From a virus (lineage: Duplodnaviria; Caudoviricetes), in IMG/VR virus record IMGVR_UViG_3300035498_000877, positions 64,001 to 128,000 of that record: 64,000 bases of DNA; one strand, 5' to 3'. The translations under genes were made by a program, and so were the position numbers. Below, piece after piece: positions 53,166 to 62,019 of the stretch. The notes beneath the pieces were generated by a model. It was not told the DNA's origin. It saw only the letters and a program-made list of their open reading frames with translations, and ran no database searches. Each line of letters begins with the position of its first letter. The first letter of the stretch is position 1.

Positions 53166-54146
53166 TTAAATCTCCTTTACCCATCCATATTTAATTAGCT
53201 TTGGTTTTAATTTAAGCATTTCCTCACAATGTTCTGGTGGATAATGTTTTTTCTGTGATTGACATCCATTGCATAATGCAAACAATTCACATGATGCACA
53301 TTTTTCATTGACATGATATGCAACTGGTGGATATTGTGGCACTGGTATTAAATTATTATCATTCTTATAATCTTTCAATATCTCAGGTTGTTCTTCACAG
53401 CATCCATAATAATGAAGCTTATCATCTGTATCAACATAGCAGCATCTAATTGATGATTTACATAACATGTTGATATTCAAATTACATGCATTGAAATTAT
53501 ATTTACTTGTATATATTTCATAATCACCTAATCCAGCATCTAATATTTCCATGTATTTAATAAACATCTTATATCTTGGATATGTGACTGTACATCTACC
53601 TTGTTCTGTCGCATTATTTATTCTAACTTTAGTATTTAATCTTTTTGCCAATTCAACTGTTTTTATTACAGTATCTTCATTACTCTCATCTATTACAGCA
53701 ATAAATGGTAATGTTTTATCTGAATTTATTTTTTCTCGAAATAAATTGAATATTTCAATAAACTTATCTTCAGTAAATGGAGTATCTTTATCCCATCTTC
53801 TACTTTCTCCATAATTAAAAGATGTTGTTATTCCAACATTATCATCATTGAATAGGTCAACCCATTTATCTGGATGATAATAGAATTCTTTAAGATTAGT
53901 TGTGATTGACATTGTTCCTTTTGGTGATTGTTCATGCATAATATCCAACAATTCCCAATAATAATCTGGATCGACTAATAATGGCTCTCCTCCACTCACA
54001 ACAATAGAATTTGGTTTTATTGTTCTAATTACATCTTTTATTTGTTCTGGAACACCGTTTGTTGGATGTTTAATATATAATGATCCAGCGCTACAAAATG
54101 TGCAATCAAAATTACATAAACCAGTTACTCTGATGATTAAATCCAT
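53166..54146 (-). CDS. Radical SAM/SPASM protein
   Basis: CNFDCTFC, SGGEPLL, CASCELFALCNGC. Confidence 0.88.
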   Translation of the reverse strand: MDLIIRVTGLCNFDCTFCSAGSLYIKHPTNGVPEQIKDVIRTIKPNSIVVSGGEPLLVDPDYYWELLDIMHEQSPKGTMSITTNLKEFYYHPDKWVDLFNDDNVGITTSFNYGESRRWDKDTPFTEDKFIEIFNLFREKINSDKTLPFIAVIDESNEDTVIKTVELAKRLNTKVRINNATEQGRCTVTYPRYKMFIKYMEILDAGLGDYEIYTSKYNFNACNLNINMLCKSSIRCCYVDTDDKLHYYGCCEEQPEILKDYKNDNNLIPVPQYPPVAYHVNEKCASCELFALCNGCQSQKKHYPPEHCEEMLKLKPKLIKYGWVKEI

Positions 54147-55259
54147 TTATTTAACCTCCGAATTATCAGATGTATTTATATCTTCTTCATATGGCTCGCC
54201 AACCTTGGCAATGGTCACAAATTCGTCATGATTAATTTCTTCATAACTTTTAGTGAGATCAGATATAGTAGTTCCAGTTTGATATGCATAAAATTCTGGT
54301 TGTAATATAATATTCAGTATATCAGCTGATTGATATAATTGCTTATTTCCCAATAAATCAATAATTTTATTTGATAATGATGACTCATTTGAAAAATAAA
54401 TATTGACTGGAATATATGGAATTTTTAGCATCTTAGCTATCAATATTGTAATCATTGTATCATCTTCTGGTGATGATAGAACTCCACCATTCAATCTCAT
54501 GAATAATGGGTTTTGAATTCCATTGGTTGCTATATCTATTATTTTAGCCTCAAATTCTTCTTGGGTATATGGTCCGAATGAGTATTCTTTGGTATCAATA
54601 TCTTGTGTATAAATTCCATATGGAAGTGGTTGTATTTTATATATTTCATATGGAATATTAGTACTCAAAATTGTTATTGGATCAATATATGAATCGAAGT
54701 ATTCATTATATACAAAATTAGAATTATTAAACATTGTATATTTCAATATATTTGGTAATGCAATATTGAAATTGCATGGAGTTACCTTCAATTTAGTATG
54801 ATCTAGAAAATGATCCTGTTTCTGATGGTATCCTACTATCTTACTTCGTAACATTTCATTGCGTAGATCAATTTTGAATAAACTATCAGCATCATATACA
54901 TTTACTAAAATATCTTTATTATTATTTTTTGCCCATGATAGATAATACATCAATGGAAGATATCTTTCATAATTTCCATAATATTCTGATATACCATAAC
55001 CATTAGTAATATCAGAAAAATCATAATCATTCATGTATACTGAATCAGCATCCAATAACTTATTATATTCATCAATATCATTTTTTACAAACCATGAATT
55101 TTCATCTTTGGATAATTGATCCATTTCATCAAGCGTAAGTGATATTATTTGACGTGATTTCAAATGTTGTGTTGTTTGATCTAATCGATCAATCATATAT
55201 AACTTTTTATCTAAATCAGGGGATTTATATGAATTGAGTTTCTCAGCAATTGTCTTCAT
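54147..55259 (-). CDS. Hypothetical protein of the rSAM operon (possible degenerate ParB/Srx-like segment)
   Basis: 370-aa ORF coupled on both sides; IATNGIQNPL...AKMLKIPYIPV. Confidence 0.55.
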   Translation of the reverse strand: MKTIAEKLNSYKSPDLDKKLYMIDRLDQTTQHLKSRQIISLTLDEMDQLSKDENSWFVKNDIDEYNKLLDADSVYMNDYDFSDITNGYGISEYYGNYERYLPLMYYLSWAKNNNKDILVNVYDADSLFKIDLRNEMLRSKIVGYHQKQDHFLDHTKLKVTPCNFNIALPNILKYTMFNNSNFVYNEYFDSYIDPITILSTNIPYEIYKIQPLPYGIYTQDIDTKEYSFGPYTQEEFEAKIIDIATNGIQNPLFMRLNGGVLSSPEDDTMITILIAKMLKIPYIPVNIYFSNESSLSNKIIDLLGNKQLYQSADILNIILQPEFYAYQTGTTISDLTKSYEEINHDEFVTIAKVGEPYEEDINTSDNSEVK

Positions 55260-55980
55260 TTACTTGTACCTCACTTTCTTGACTCACAATTTTCACAAAT
55301 TCAGTTATAGCATCCTTCTGAACTTCTTGTGGTGCAAATAATAATGATAGAATATTATAGAATGGCAAATTCTCAATTATTCTATGCAAATAATACTGAT
55401 TATCTTTATCATTAAATAAACTGAAATATCCTGGCTCTTGGCCTTCTATTGATTTATCATATTCAGTCAATAATAATGAAAATGTATTATATCCTGCCAA
55501 GTAATATATATTAACTATTTTTATTTCATCATCCTCAATAAATGGAACATTACTCATATCAATATAATCACCATTCGTATTATATGTTTCCATTGAATAA
55601 TAAGGTAATGAATTTATAAGCCTTCTTACTTTATTAATGAAAGATTTATTATTATTAATGAATTTAATAATTTCATCTTTGGTTAATATACTATCAAGAT
55701 ATATATTATCATCTATATAAAATGTAAGTATATTTGTCCATGTATCTGAGAATATCTTAAAGCTGATCTCAATATCAGTAGATAAATATAGTTTAAGATA
55801 TTCTTCTTTATCTTCATATGAGCAATTATCAAAATTTAATTTTGGATTTGTTCCAATATTTCTTAAAAATGTTAATGCATATTTTTTCTTTTTTTCTTCA
55901 GGAACATCAAAATTCAAATTGCTCATATCGACTTCATCATCTATTGTCGGTACCTCATTAGGGATAATTACACATTTCAT
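55243..55980 (-). CDS. Hypothetical protein of the rSAM operon
   Basis: 245-aa ORF overlapping the next gene. Confidence 0.6.
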   Translation of the reverse strand: MKCVIIPNEVPTIDDEVDMSNLNFDVPEEKKKKYALTFLRNIGTNPKLNFDNCSYEDKEEYLKLYLSTDIEISFKIFSDTWTNILTFYIDDNIYLDSILTKDEIIKFINNNKSFINKVRRLINSLPYYSMETYNTNGDYIDMSNVPFIEDDEIKIVNIYYLAGYNTFSLLLTEYDKSIEGQEPGYFSLFNDKDNQYYLHRIIENLPFYNILSLLFAPQEVQKDAITEFVKIVSQESEVQVNEDNC

Positions 55981-56011
55981 ATTTTATACAACCTTCTTTT
56001 ATTTTTATTTA

Positions 56012-56620
56012 TTACTTATAGCAACCATTATTACTATGGCAATTATGATGGCAATCAGAATGACACACTGAATGGCATATTATTATTTCTTTACTTGCTT
56101 GATGGTAACCACTATTAGCCCAAGCTGTATTTAATGCTGTATACAGATCATTCATTTTGGAAATACTCATTATATCATTTGCTTTGATTTTCCCATTTGT
56201 ATATGAAGAATTTAATGTTTTTATATATGAATCCGCAAATAATGCTCGTCCACTAGCTGAAGTCATTGTACTATATGAATGTGATCCATTTCTTGAAGAA
56301 TGATATAATCTTGTATATCTCCATGTTCCAACTCTTGTCAACATATGTGTACATTCAACCAAAAATGAGAGCATTCTTGCAGCATCAGGTTTTCCTTCAT
56401 GTACACCACTACTCTCCAAATAATTTTGAATCTGTTTTCTAAATATTGTCACATTTCCAAGTGCTTCATCTATCTCTTTATATTCAGTAGAACCATATGT
56501 ATCTACTGGCAAATTTGTGCTATGGATTAATGATGATGTAGTAATAACATCATAAACATTTGTCCAAAAACCATTTATAACATCATTATGCACTATTTTT
56601 TCCTTTGTTGCTAATGCCAT
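56012..56620 (-). CDS. Putative rSAM substrate: protein with C-terminal CHxx repeats
   Basis: Ends ICHSVCHSDCHHNCHSNNGCYK; first gene of the rSAM operon. Confidence 0.65.
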   Translation of the reverse strand: MALATKEKIVHNDVINGFWTNVYDVITTSSLIHSTNLPVDTYGSTEYKEIDEALGNVTIFRKQIQNYLESSGVHEGKPDAARMLSFLVECTHMLTRVGTWRYTRLYHSSRNGSHSYSTMTSASGRALFADSYIKTLNSSYTNGKIKANDIMSISKMNDLYTALNTAWANSGYHQASKEIIICHSVCHSDCHHNCHSNNGCYK

Positions 56621-56653
56621 AATTACCAAATCCTTTCATTTTTTTTATTTTAA

Positions 56654-56693
56654 AAAATACATAATAGGATTATATAATCCTATTATGTATTTT
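56654..56693. terminator. Perfect 40-bp palindrome between fibre genes and rSAM operon
   Basis: aaaatacataataggattatataatcctattatgtatttt. Confidence 0.65.
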
Positions 56694-56706
56694 AATATAA
56701 TATTAA

Positions 56707-57216
56707 TCAACCCCAACCAGCTCTACATCTATACCATGTAGGTTGGCTATCACCTGACAGTTTGGCATATACTTTTATACAACATTCTTCGCTTGAACTC
56801 GTATCAATCCATATTTCACCTTTGTCTACAAGTGGTGCTGATGGAGCAGATGATGCTATTGTAACTCTTACACCGTTTACTCTAGCTGAGTTTCCACCAT
56901 TTGCGGTCATTGAAGTTGGATAATCGTTTAAATCATAAAAGCTACCTGTATTAGCCACTTTATGAAGACCAGTAATCATTGTATATGGATGGGTAGCAGG
57001 ATGTGGATTATTAAGTGCACCGGTTTCTATTCCAGCTAATTTAGTTTTTTCTGCATTTGTATAATCATTAATACTAAATCCAGCTTCTGTACCATTACCA
57101 AGTTTATGATTATTAGTGCCACCTGCACCAATATGGTTGGTTAGGTCAACAATATTTTTATTCCATTTAGCTCTTTCAGCTGCACTAATATGCTCTCTAA
57201 TATCTGAATTAGCCAT
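56707..57216 (-). CDS. Short tail-fibre-associated protein
   Basis: HISAAERAKWN, NDYTNAEKTKLAGIE, LHKVANTGSFYDLND, APSAP...GEIWIDT fibre-type motifs. Confidence 0.65.
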   Translation of the reverse strand: MANSDIREHISAAERAKWNKNIVDLTNHIGAGGTNNHKLGNGTEAGFSINDYTNAEKTKLAGIETGALNNPHPATHPYTMITGLHKVANTGSFYDLNDYPTSMTANGGNSARVNGVRVTIASSAPSAPLVDKGEIWIDTSSSEECCIKVYAKLSGDSQPTWYRCRAGWG

Positions 57217-57222
57217 AGTTTA

Positions 57223-60200
57223 TCATCCTTTCTTTTTCAAATTTCTTAATGGGCTTACTGATAGCATATTTCTGAATTTTTCAATAAATTTATCAGCTCC
57301 AGTTCCAGCAATCTGTATACCAACATCATATGCATTGCCTCTATCATATTGAGATAGAGTTAACCCATTACCTTCTATTTTATCAACTGCGTCAGAAGAT
57401 ACAGTTACAGTTGCGGTATATGAAGATGTATCAAGCATAAATGAACGCATATTTGCATCTCCCGATATTGAATCTGGTATAGTAATATCCTGATTGAATG
57501 ATGAGCATTTCCATAAGAAATGATCAAGACATTGCCGTCCAGATACTCCTGGATGTATTATAGTACTACCTTCAGTCTTCTTATCTGGAATTGTTAATGG
57601 TTTATTAAATGACGTACATCCATGCAAGAATTTCATCAAACATTTATCTCCAGTTACACCACTAGGTATTGTAAGATCTTGATTAAATGACGTACATCCA
57701 TCCAGAAATCCTTCCAAGCAACGTTCTCCAGTTACACCGCTAGGTATGGTAATTGCTTGGTTGTATGATGTGCATCCTTTTAAGAATCCTTCAAGACAGC
57801 GTGCACCAGTTACACCGCTAGGTATTGTCAATGACTGATTGAATGATGTACAGCCAGCCAAGAAGTTTCTAAGAGAACCTCCTCCAGATACAGAGTCTGG
57901 TATTCTGTCAATAGATGTTAAACTTGTAAAGTTTCTTGCAAAGTTAGCTAATGATGTAATACTATATGTTTCCGGATTATCAATTTCTTTTTCTTCATAT
58001 TCATCTGGATCACCTGGATTAACTTTGTCTTTCAGTTTTTTCTCTATAACCTTTGAGCTCCAGAATGATATTTTAGTTACCTGATTCTTAGTAAATGATG
58101 ATCCACCTGCTGTTATAGTAGTATTTGCTGGTAAATTATTACTTAAATTGTATATTTCTTCTTCATTAAAAATGGATACAGTATTATTGTTGCTAAGAGT
58201 CAATTTTAAAACTTCATATTTATGAGTTGAAGGAGCATAAAAGTTAATATTAAAGTCTTGCGTATAACTTTCTCCAGTATGCTTATAATATTTATGCTCA
58301 TCCTTAGAAACTTTGTTGTATGCAGAGCCATCCCATTTATAATATTTATTATTAACATTGGATGCCAGTATATTATTATATATTTTATTAGAATCTGGAG
58401 TTATTTCATCTTTATATGCCGAATTATCAGAATCATATGATGAATAAAATGTACCTTTATACAAATATCCATTCTCAACATCTTTATCAAATTTTCCAGT
58501 TGCATACCATGTGTATTCTTCTTTTGTTCCATTTGCAACAGTAGCTCGAATTTTACATGTTCCAGCTGCAGTTGCTGTCAATACTCCATTACTAATTGAA
58601 GCATTTGTTGATCCTTTATCAACTATTGACCATGATACATCTGAATAGCTAGGAATTTCAGTATCATATGTTTGAGTATCCCTAGCAACAACTGATAAAT
58701 TAGTTTCACATTCAGGGCCTAGTACCATTCTAACATTAGTTGGGAATGATGAAGGTATATTAATAATATCTGCTACTGGAATATATTCTGGAAGGAATGT
58801 TACAGTTCTAAATGTCTCATAATTAACATAACTAGTCTCTCCGGCATCATTTACTTGCTGAATTGCTGATGCTGATTGGGTGACTTCATAAAAATCTCCA
58901 TCTTCAAAATTATAGAAGTAATCATAAGAATCTTTACTTCCCTCAGGAGCTTTATAATCCCAATCATATTCAGAATCCATTGTAACATTATAAGTTTCTT
59001 TCCATGTTGCCGCATCTTGTGTATAAGGCAAAAATTGTAATCCCATTCCACCAGTGGCATTTAATAAACCATTATCTGGATCTCTATTATTATCATTTAT
59101 ATTCCTAGAATATGAAATTATTATACCACCATCACCAGTTGATGCATTCCATGGATCTTTCTCTGCCATAGATAATATTATTGGTCTCTTAGCTCTAATG
59201 ATAGAAGGATATTCCAACTTAACATTTTCAAGATTAATATGTGCCGATGGAGCATCAGGAAATATTAATACAATTTCTACCTTAAATTCAGCATCACTTT
59301 TATTTGCACCGCCACCTTTAACAGTTGCTTTCAATTCTACAGTTTTATCATCAAATGCTTCTATATAAAAACTATCCTGAGTATCATCTTCACTACTAGA
59401 GTTAACATAATCAGGATTTTCTTCCCACCATGTTACAGAATCAGCTGCGATTGAAAGTGTTTTAGTATTTTTATCAAATGTAACATTGGCAGGAGTAGGA
59501 TTAACTAATTCCCATTCAATTGTTTTGACAGATGCAGTAGATGGTGAAACTGTTGCACTAGCTAATGAAAGTGGCTCTGATACTTTATCCCATGTACTAG
59601 GAACACCTGATATACCCTCAGCAACAATAAATGCACCATTGACACTAATTGAAAATTCTTTAGTAAAATCTTCTCCTATTGCTTTACCATTTTTTACAGT
59701 AGCTGTAATTTTTGCTACACCACTTTTAGTAGCAGTAAATATTCCATCATCATACAAAATAGCATCAGTTGATCCTTTACTCGTAATAGCAGCTGTTACA
59801 TTTGTATATGATGGATAATTGGTAACTGATGTATCCCATGATGCCACAAATTTAAGTCTACAAAATTCTCCTGAATTATATGAACCATTATATCCAGTCA
59901 TAATAATATCATTTATTGGATAATATTTATTTATTACCTGTATATCAAATACTTCTACATAGTCATATATAATTTTCGTATATGTATTTTTCTCTGCTGA
60001 ATACATGTATCTATCAGATGATGTGGCATCAATATAAATCTTATACTCTTCACCAGCAATTTCTGTTGTATAACTAGCATCTCTATAAAATTTATTACTG
60101 CTAGATACAAAGTACCCATTAACAGTCTCATATGCAGATCCCTCATTAGGTCTTAAACCATTCTTGATGGTTGCTTGTACTCTTAAATATCCAATATTGC

Positions 60201-62004
60201 TAGCTCTTAATACCTTTGATCCATTTCCTGATGCAGTTAATTTTGCTGATGTAGAAAATACATTATTATTATATAATAATTCCCAGATAATTTCTTTCTT
60301 CTCAGCATTGCTAGGTTTAACTGTTCCTGATAAAATATAATCAGTATCTGTTTCAATTACAGTTGGAACATTTTCAATACCAGTGACTCTAACATATTGC
60401 TTTATATCAATATTAAGAGTATCACTAAAGATTTCCCCATTAACAGGTGCTGTTTTTGCGACTATAGTTGATCCAGTAATATCTTTATCAATATGGATAT
60501 ATCCATGATTATCACGACTGAAATTTCCGCTACTATCTTTTGCTGAAGCAACTGGGTAATCATCTAATGCAACTATTAATGTACCTTTTTCATCCAAACG
60601 ACATAATTGATCATCAGTCTTAAGGTACCATGTTATTGATGGTAAGTCTGCATCGGTTGGAATTGGATTTGCAGTTAATTGGTATTTATTTGTTATTTCA
60701 TACACTGACGTTGATGAAGTAATTTTAATACCAGTTAATTTTGGTTTTACGATAACCTGTGAAATGCTTGTATAAACATCATTTGCACCGGGGCTAGATA
60801 ATTTACAGAAATAGTAGTAAGTTCCAGATGTTGTTGATTGAGGAATCACGTATGTCGAATTTGTTTCTCCCTCAAGCAATGTAGCACCGTTAGTACTATT
60901 AATGCTATTTCTATACCATTGATAATATATAACATCACTTGTTGATTTAGCGACAACTGATAATTGTTGATTTATATTATCAAGAGTAATATATGAATAT
61001 GATGATGGATTGGTAACAATTGTTATTACATTCTTTTTAGCAGTAATTGTAAAATCTTGTGTAAAATTAGATTTAACATTATTTGATCCATTGACTGCAT
61101 TATTCAAAGTAGCTCTAATTTTAATTGTACCTGCAGTATTTGTTAAAATTATATTATCATTGATAGCGGCAGTACCTGATACTACCGACCATATTATTGA
61201 TGATACTGAAGCATTATATGGAACCACCTGTGCCCCTGATAAATTATATGGAACTCCTGTTAATATTTCTGCAGGAACATCAATTATCTTTGTTACAGAT
61301 ACAAATGGTACATCATCGATATAATTCAAACGAAAATAAGCATTTTGACTCATATATACTAATATACATGGAGAATTTGCTGGATAAGATGAATTCATAT
61401 CAAATAATACTACAGCACAATCTAAATTAGTTTTTACAACTTGGGGATTCGATAGTTTGATTATAGTTCCATCACCCATTTGTACACCCCAATGTGATGA
61501 ATCCCGAGATATATAAAATTCAATATTGGGAGCTTGAGGGGGATATGAAAATGTTGCTAATAATTTATCAGTATTACCATTTTCATCAGTAGTAGCTCCA
61601 TAGTTATTAGTTGTGAATGCGAAATTTCCTGATGCATGCTGTTTAAAAGTAACCTGCTGATCATCCTGATATGAAATCTTAAATCTAGCAGTATCACTTC
61701 TATATACTAATAAACACGGAGAATTAGATGGGTATGATTTACTCATATCAAACTGAACAATCGCACTATCTCTATTAAGATATAAAAGTACGGGGTTTGA
61801 AAGGGGGATGATAGAACCATCCCCCATTTGTGCACCCCAGTCATTATTATCAGTACTAATATGAAAATTTATATCAGATGGCTGATGGGGAAATCCAATC
61901 GAAAACATGCATTTACTAACTTGACCATTAGTATCAGATAATCCACCAGATATGCCATCAATAGTAAATCCACAATATCCAGTTTGTTTATTAATGACTG
62001 CCAT
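57223..62004 (-). CDS. Large adhesin-like tail protein: Ig-like domains plus C-terminal 26-aa LRR-like (BspA/DUF285-like) repeats
   Basis: V.P.NA....I.W Ig motifs, YQWY..YYFC Ig, repeats of FLxGCTSFNQxLTIPSGVTGxxCL. Confidence 0.75.
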   Translation of the reverse strand: MAVINKQTGYCGFTIDGISGGLSDTNGQVSKCMFSIGFPHQPSDINFHISTDNNDWGAQMGDGSIIPLSNPVLLYLNRDSAIVQFDMSKSYPSNSPCLLVYRSDTARFKISYQDDQQVTFKQHASGNFAFTTNNYGATTDENGNTDKLLATFSYPPQAPNIEFYISRDSSHWGVQMGDGTIIKLSNPQVVKTNLDCAVVLFDMNSSYPANSPCILVYMSQNAYFRLNYIDDVPFVSVTKIIDVPAEILTGVPYNLSGAQVVPYNASVSSIIWSVVSGTAAINDNIILTNTAGTIKIRATLNNAVNGSNNVKSNFTQDFTITAKKNVITIVTNPSSYSYITLDNINQQLSVVAKSTSDVIYYQWYRNSINSTNGATLLEGETNSTYVIPQSTTSGTYYYFCKLSSPGANDVYTSISQVIVKPKLTGIKITSSTSVYEITNKYQLTANPIPTDADLPSITWYLKTDDQLCRLDEKGTLIVALDDYPVASAKDSSGNFSRDNHGYIHIDKDITGSTIVAKTAPVNGEIFSDTLNIDIKQYVRVTGIENVPTVIETDTDYILSGTVKPSNAEKKEIIWELLYNNNVFSTSAKLTASGNGSKVLRASNIGYLRVQATIKNGLRPNEGSAYETVNGYFVSSSNKFYRDASYTTEIAGEEYKIYIDATSSDRYMYSAEKNTYTKIIYDYVEVFDIQVINKYYPINDIIMTGYNGSYNSGEFCRLKFVASWDTSVTNYPSYTNVTAAITSKGSTDAILYDDGIFTATKSGVAKITATVKNGKAIGEDFTKEFSISVNGAFIVAEGISGVPSTWDKVSEPLSLASATVSPSTASVKTIEWELVNPTPANVTFDKNTKTLSIAADSVTWWEENPDYVNSSSEDDTQDSFYIEAFDDKTVELKATVKGGGANKSDAEFKVEIVLIFPDAPSAHINLENVKLEYPSIIRAKRPIILSMAEKDPWNASTGDGGIIISYSRNINDNNRDPDNGLLNATGGMGLQFLPYTQDAATWKETYNVTMDSEYDWDYKAPEGSKDSYDYFYNFEDGDFYEVTQSASAIQQVNDAGETSYVNYETFRTVTFLPEYIPVADIINIPSSFPTNVRMVLGPECETNLSVVARDTQTYDTEIPSYSDVSWSIVDKGSTNASISNGVLTATAAGTCKIRATVANGTKEEYTWYATGKFDKDVENGYLYKGTFYSSYDSDNSAYKDEITPDSNKIYNNILASNVNNKYYKWDGSAYNKVSKDEHKYYKHTGESYTQDFNINFYAPSTHKYEVLKLTLSNNNTVSIFNEEEIYNLSNNLPANTTITAGGSSFTKNQVTKISFWSSKVIEKKLKDKVNPGDPDEYEEKEIDNPETYSITSLANFARNFTSLTSIDRIPDSVSGGGSLRNFLAGCTSFNQSLTIPSGVTGARCLEGFLKGCTSYNQAITIPSGVTGERCLEGFLDGCTSFNQDLTIPSGVTGDKCLMKFLHGCTSFNKPLTIPDKKTEGSTIIHPGVSGRQCLDHFLWKCSSFNQDITIPDSISGDANMRSFMLDTSSYTATVTVSSDAVDKIEGNGLTLSQYDRGNAYDVGIQIAGTGADKFIEKFRNMLSVSPLRNLKKKG
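57430..57900 (-). repeat. Tandem ~78-bp (26-aa) coding repeats
   Basis: ccagttacacc(g/a)ctaggtat recurs at 78-bp spacing; about 6 units at protein level. Confidence 0.8.
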
Positions 62005-62019
62005 AGGTATTCCTCCTTA

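Noticed and set aside
56012-56080. His-Xaa-Ser (HxsA) precursor
   Set aside because: The periodicity is four residues (CHxx), not HxS triplets; treated as a Cxxx repeat instead.
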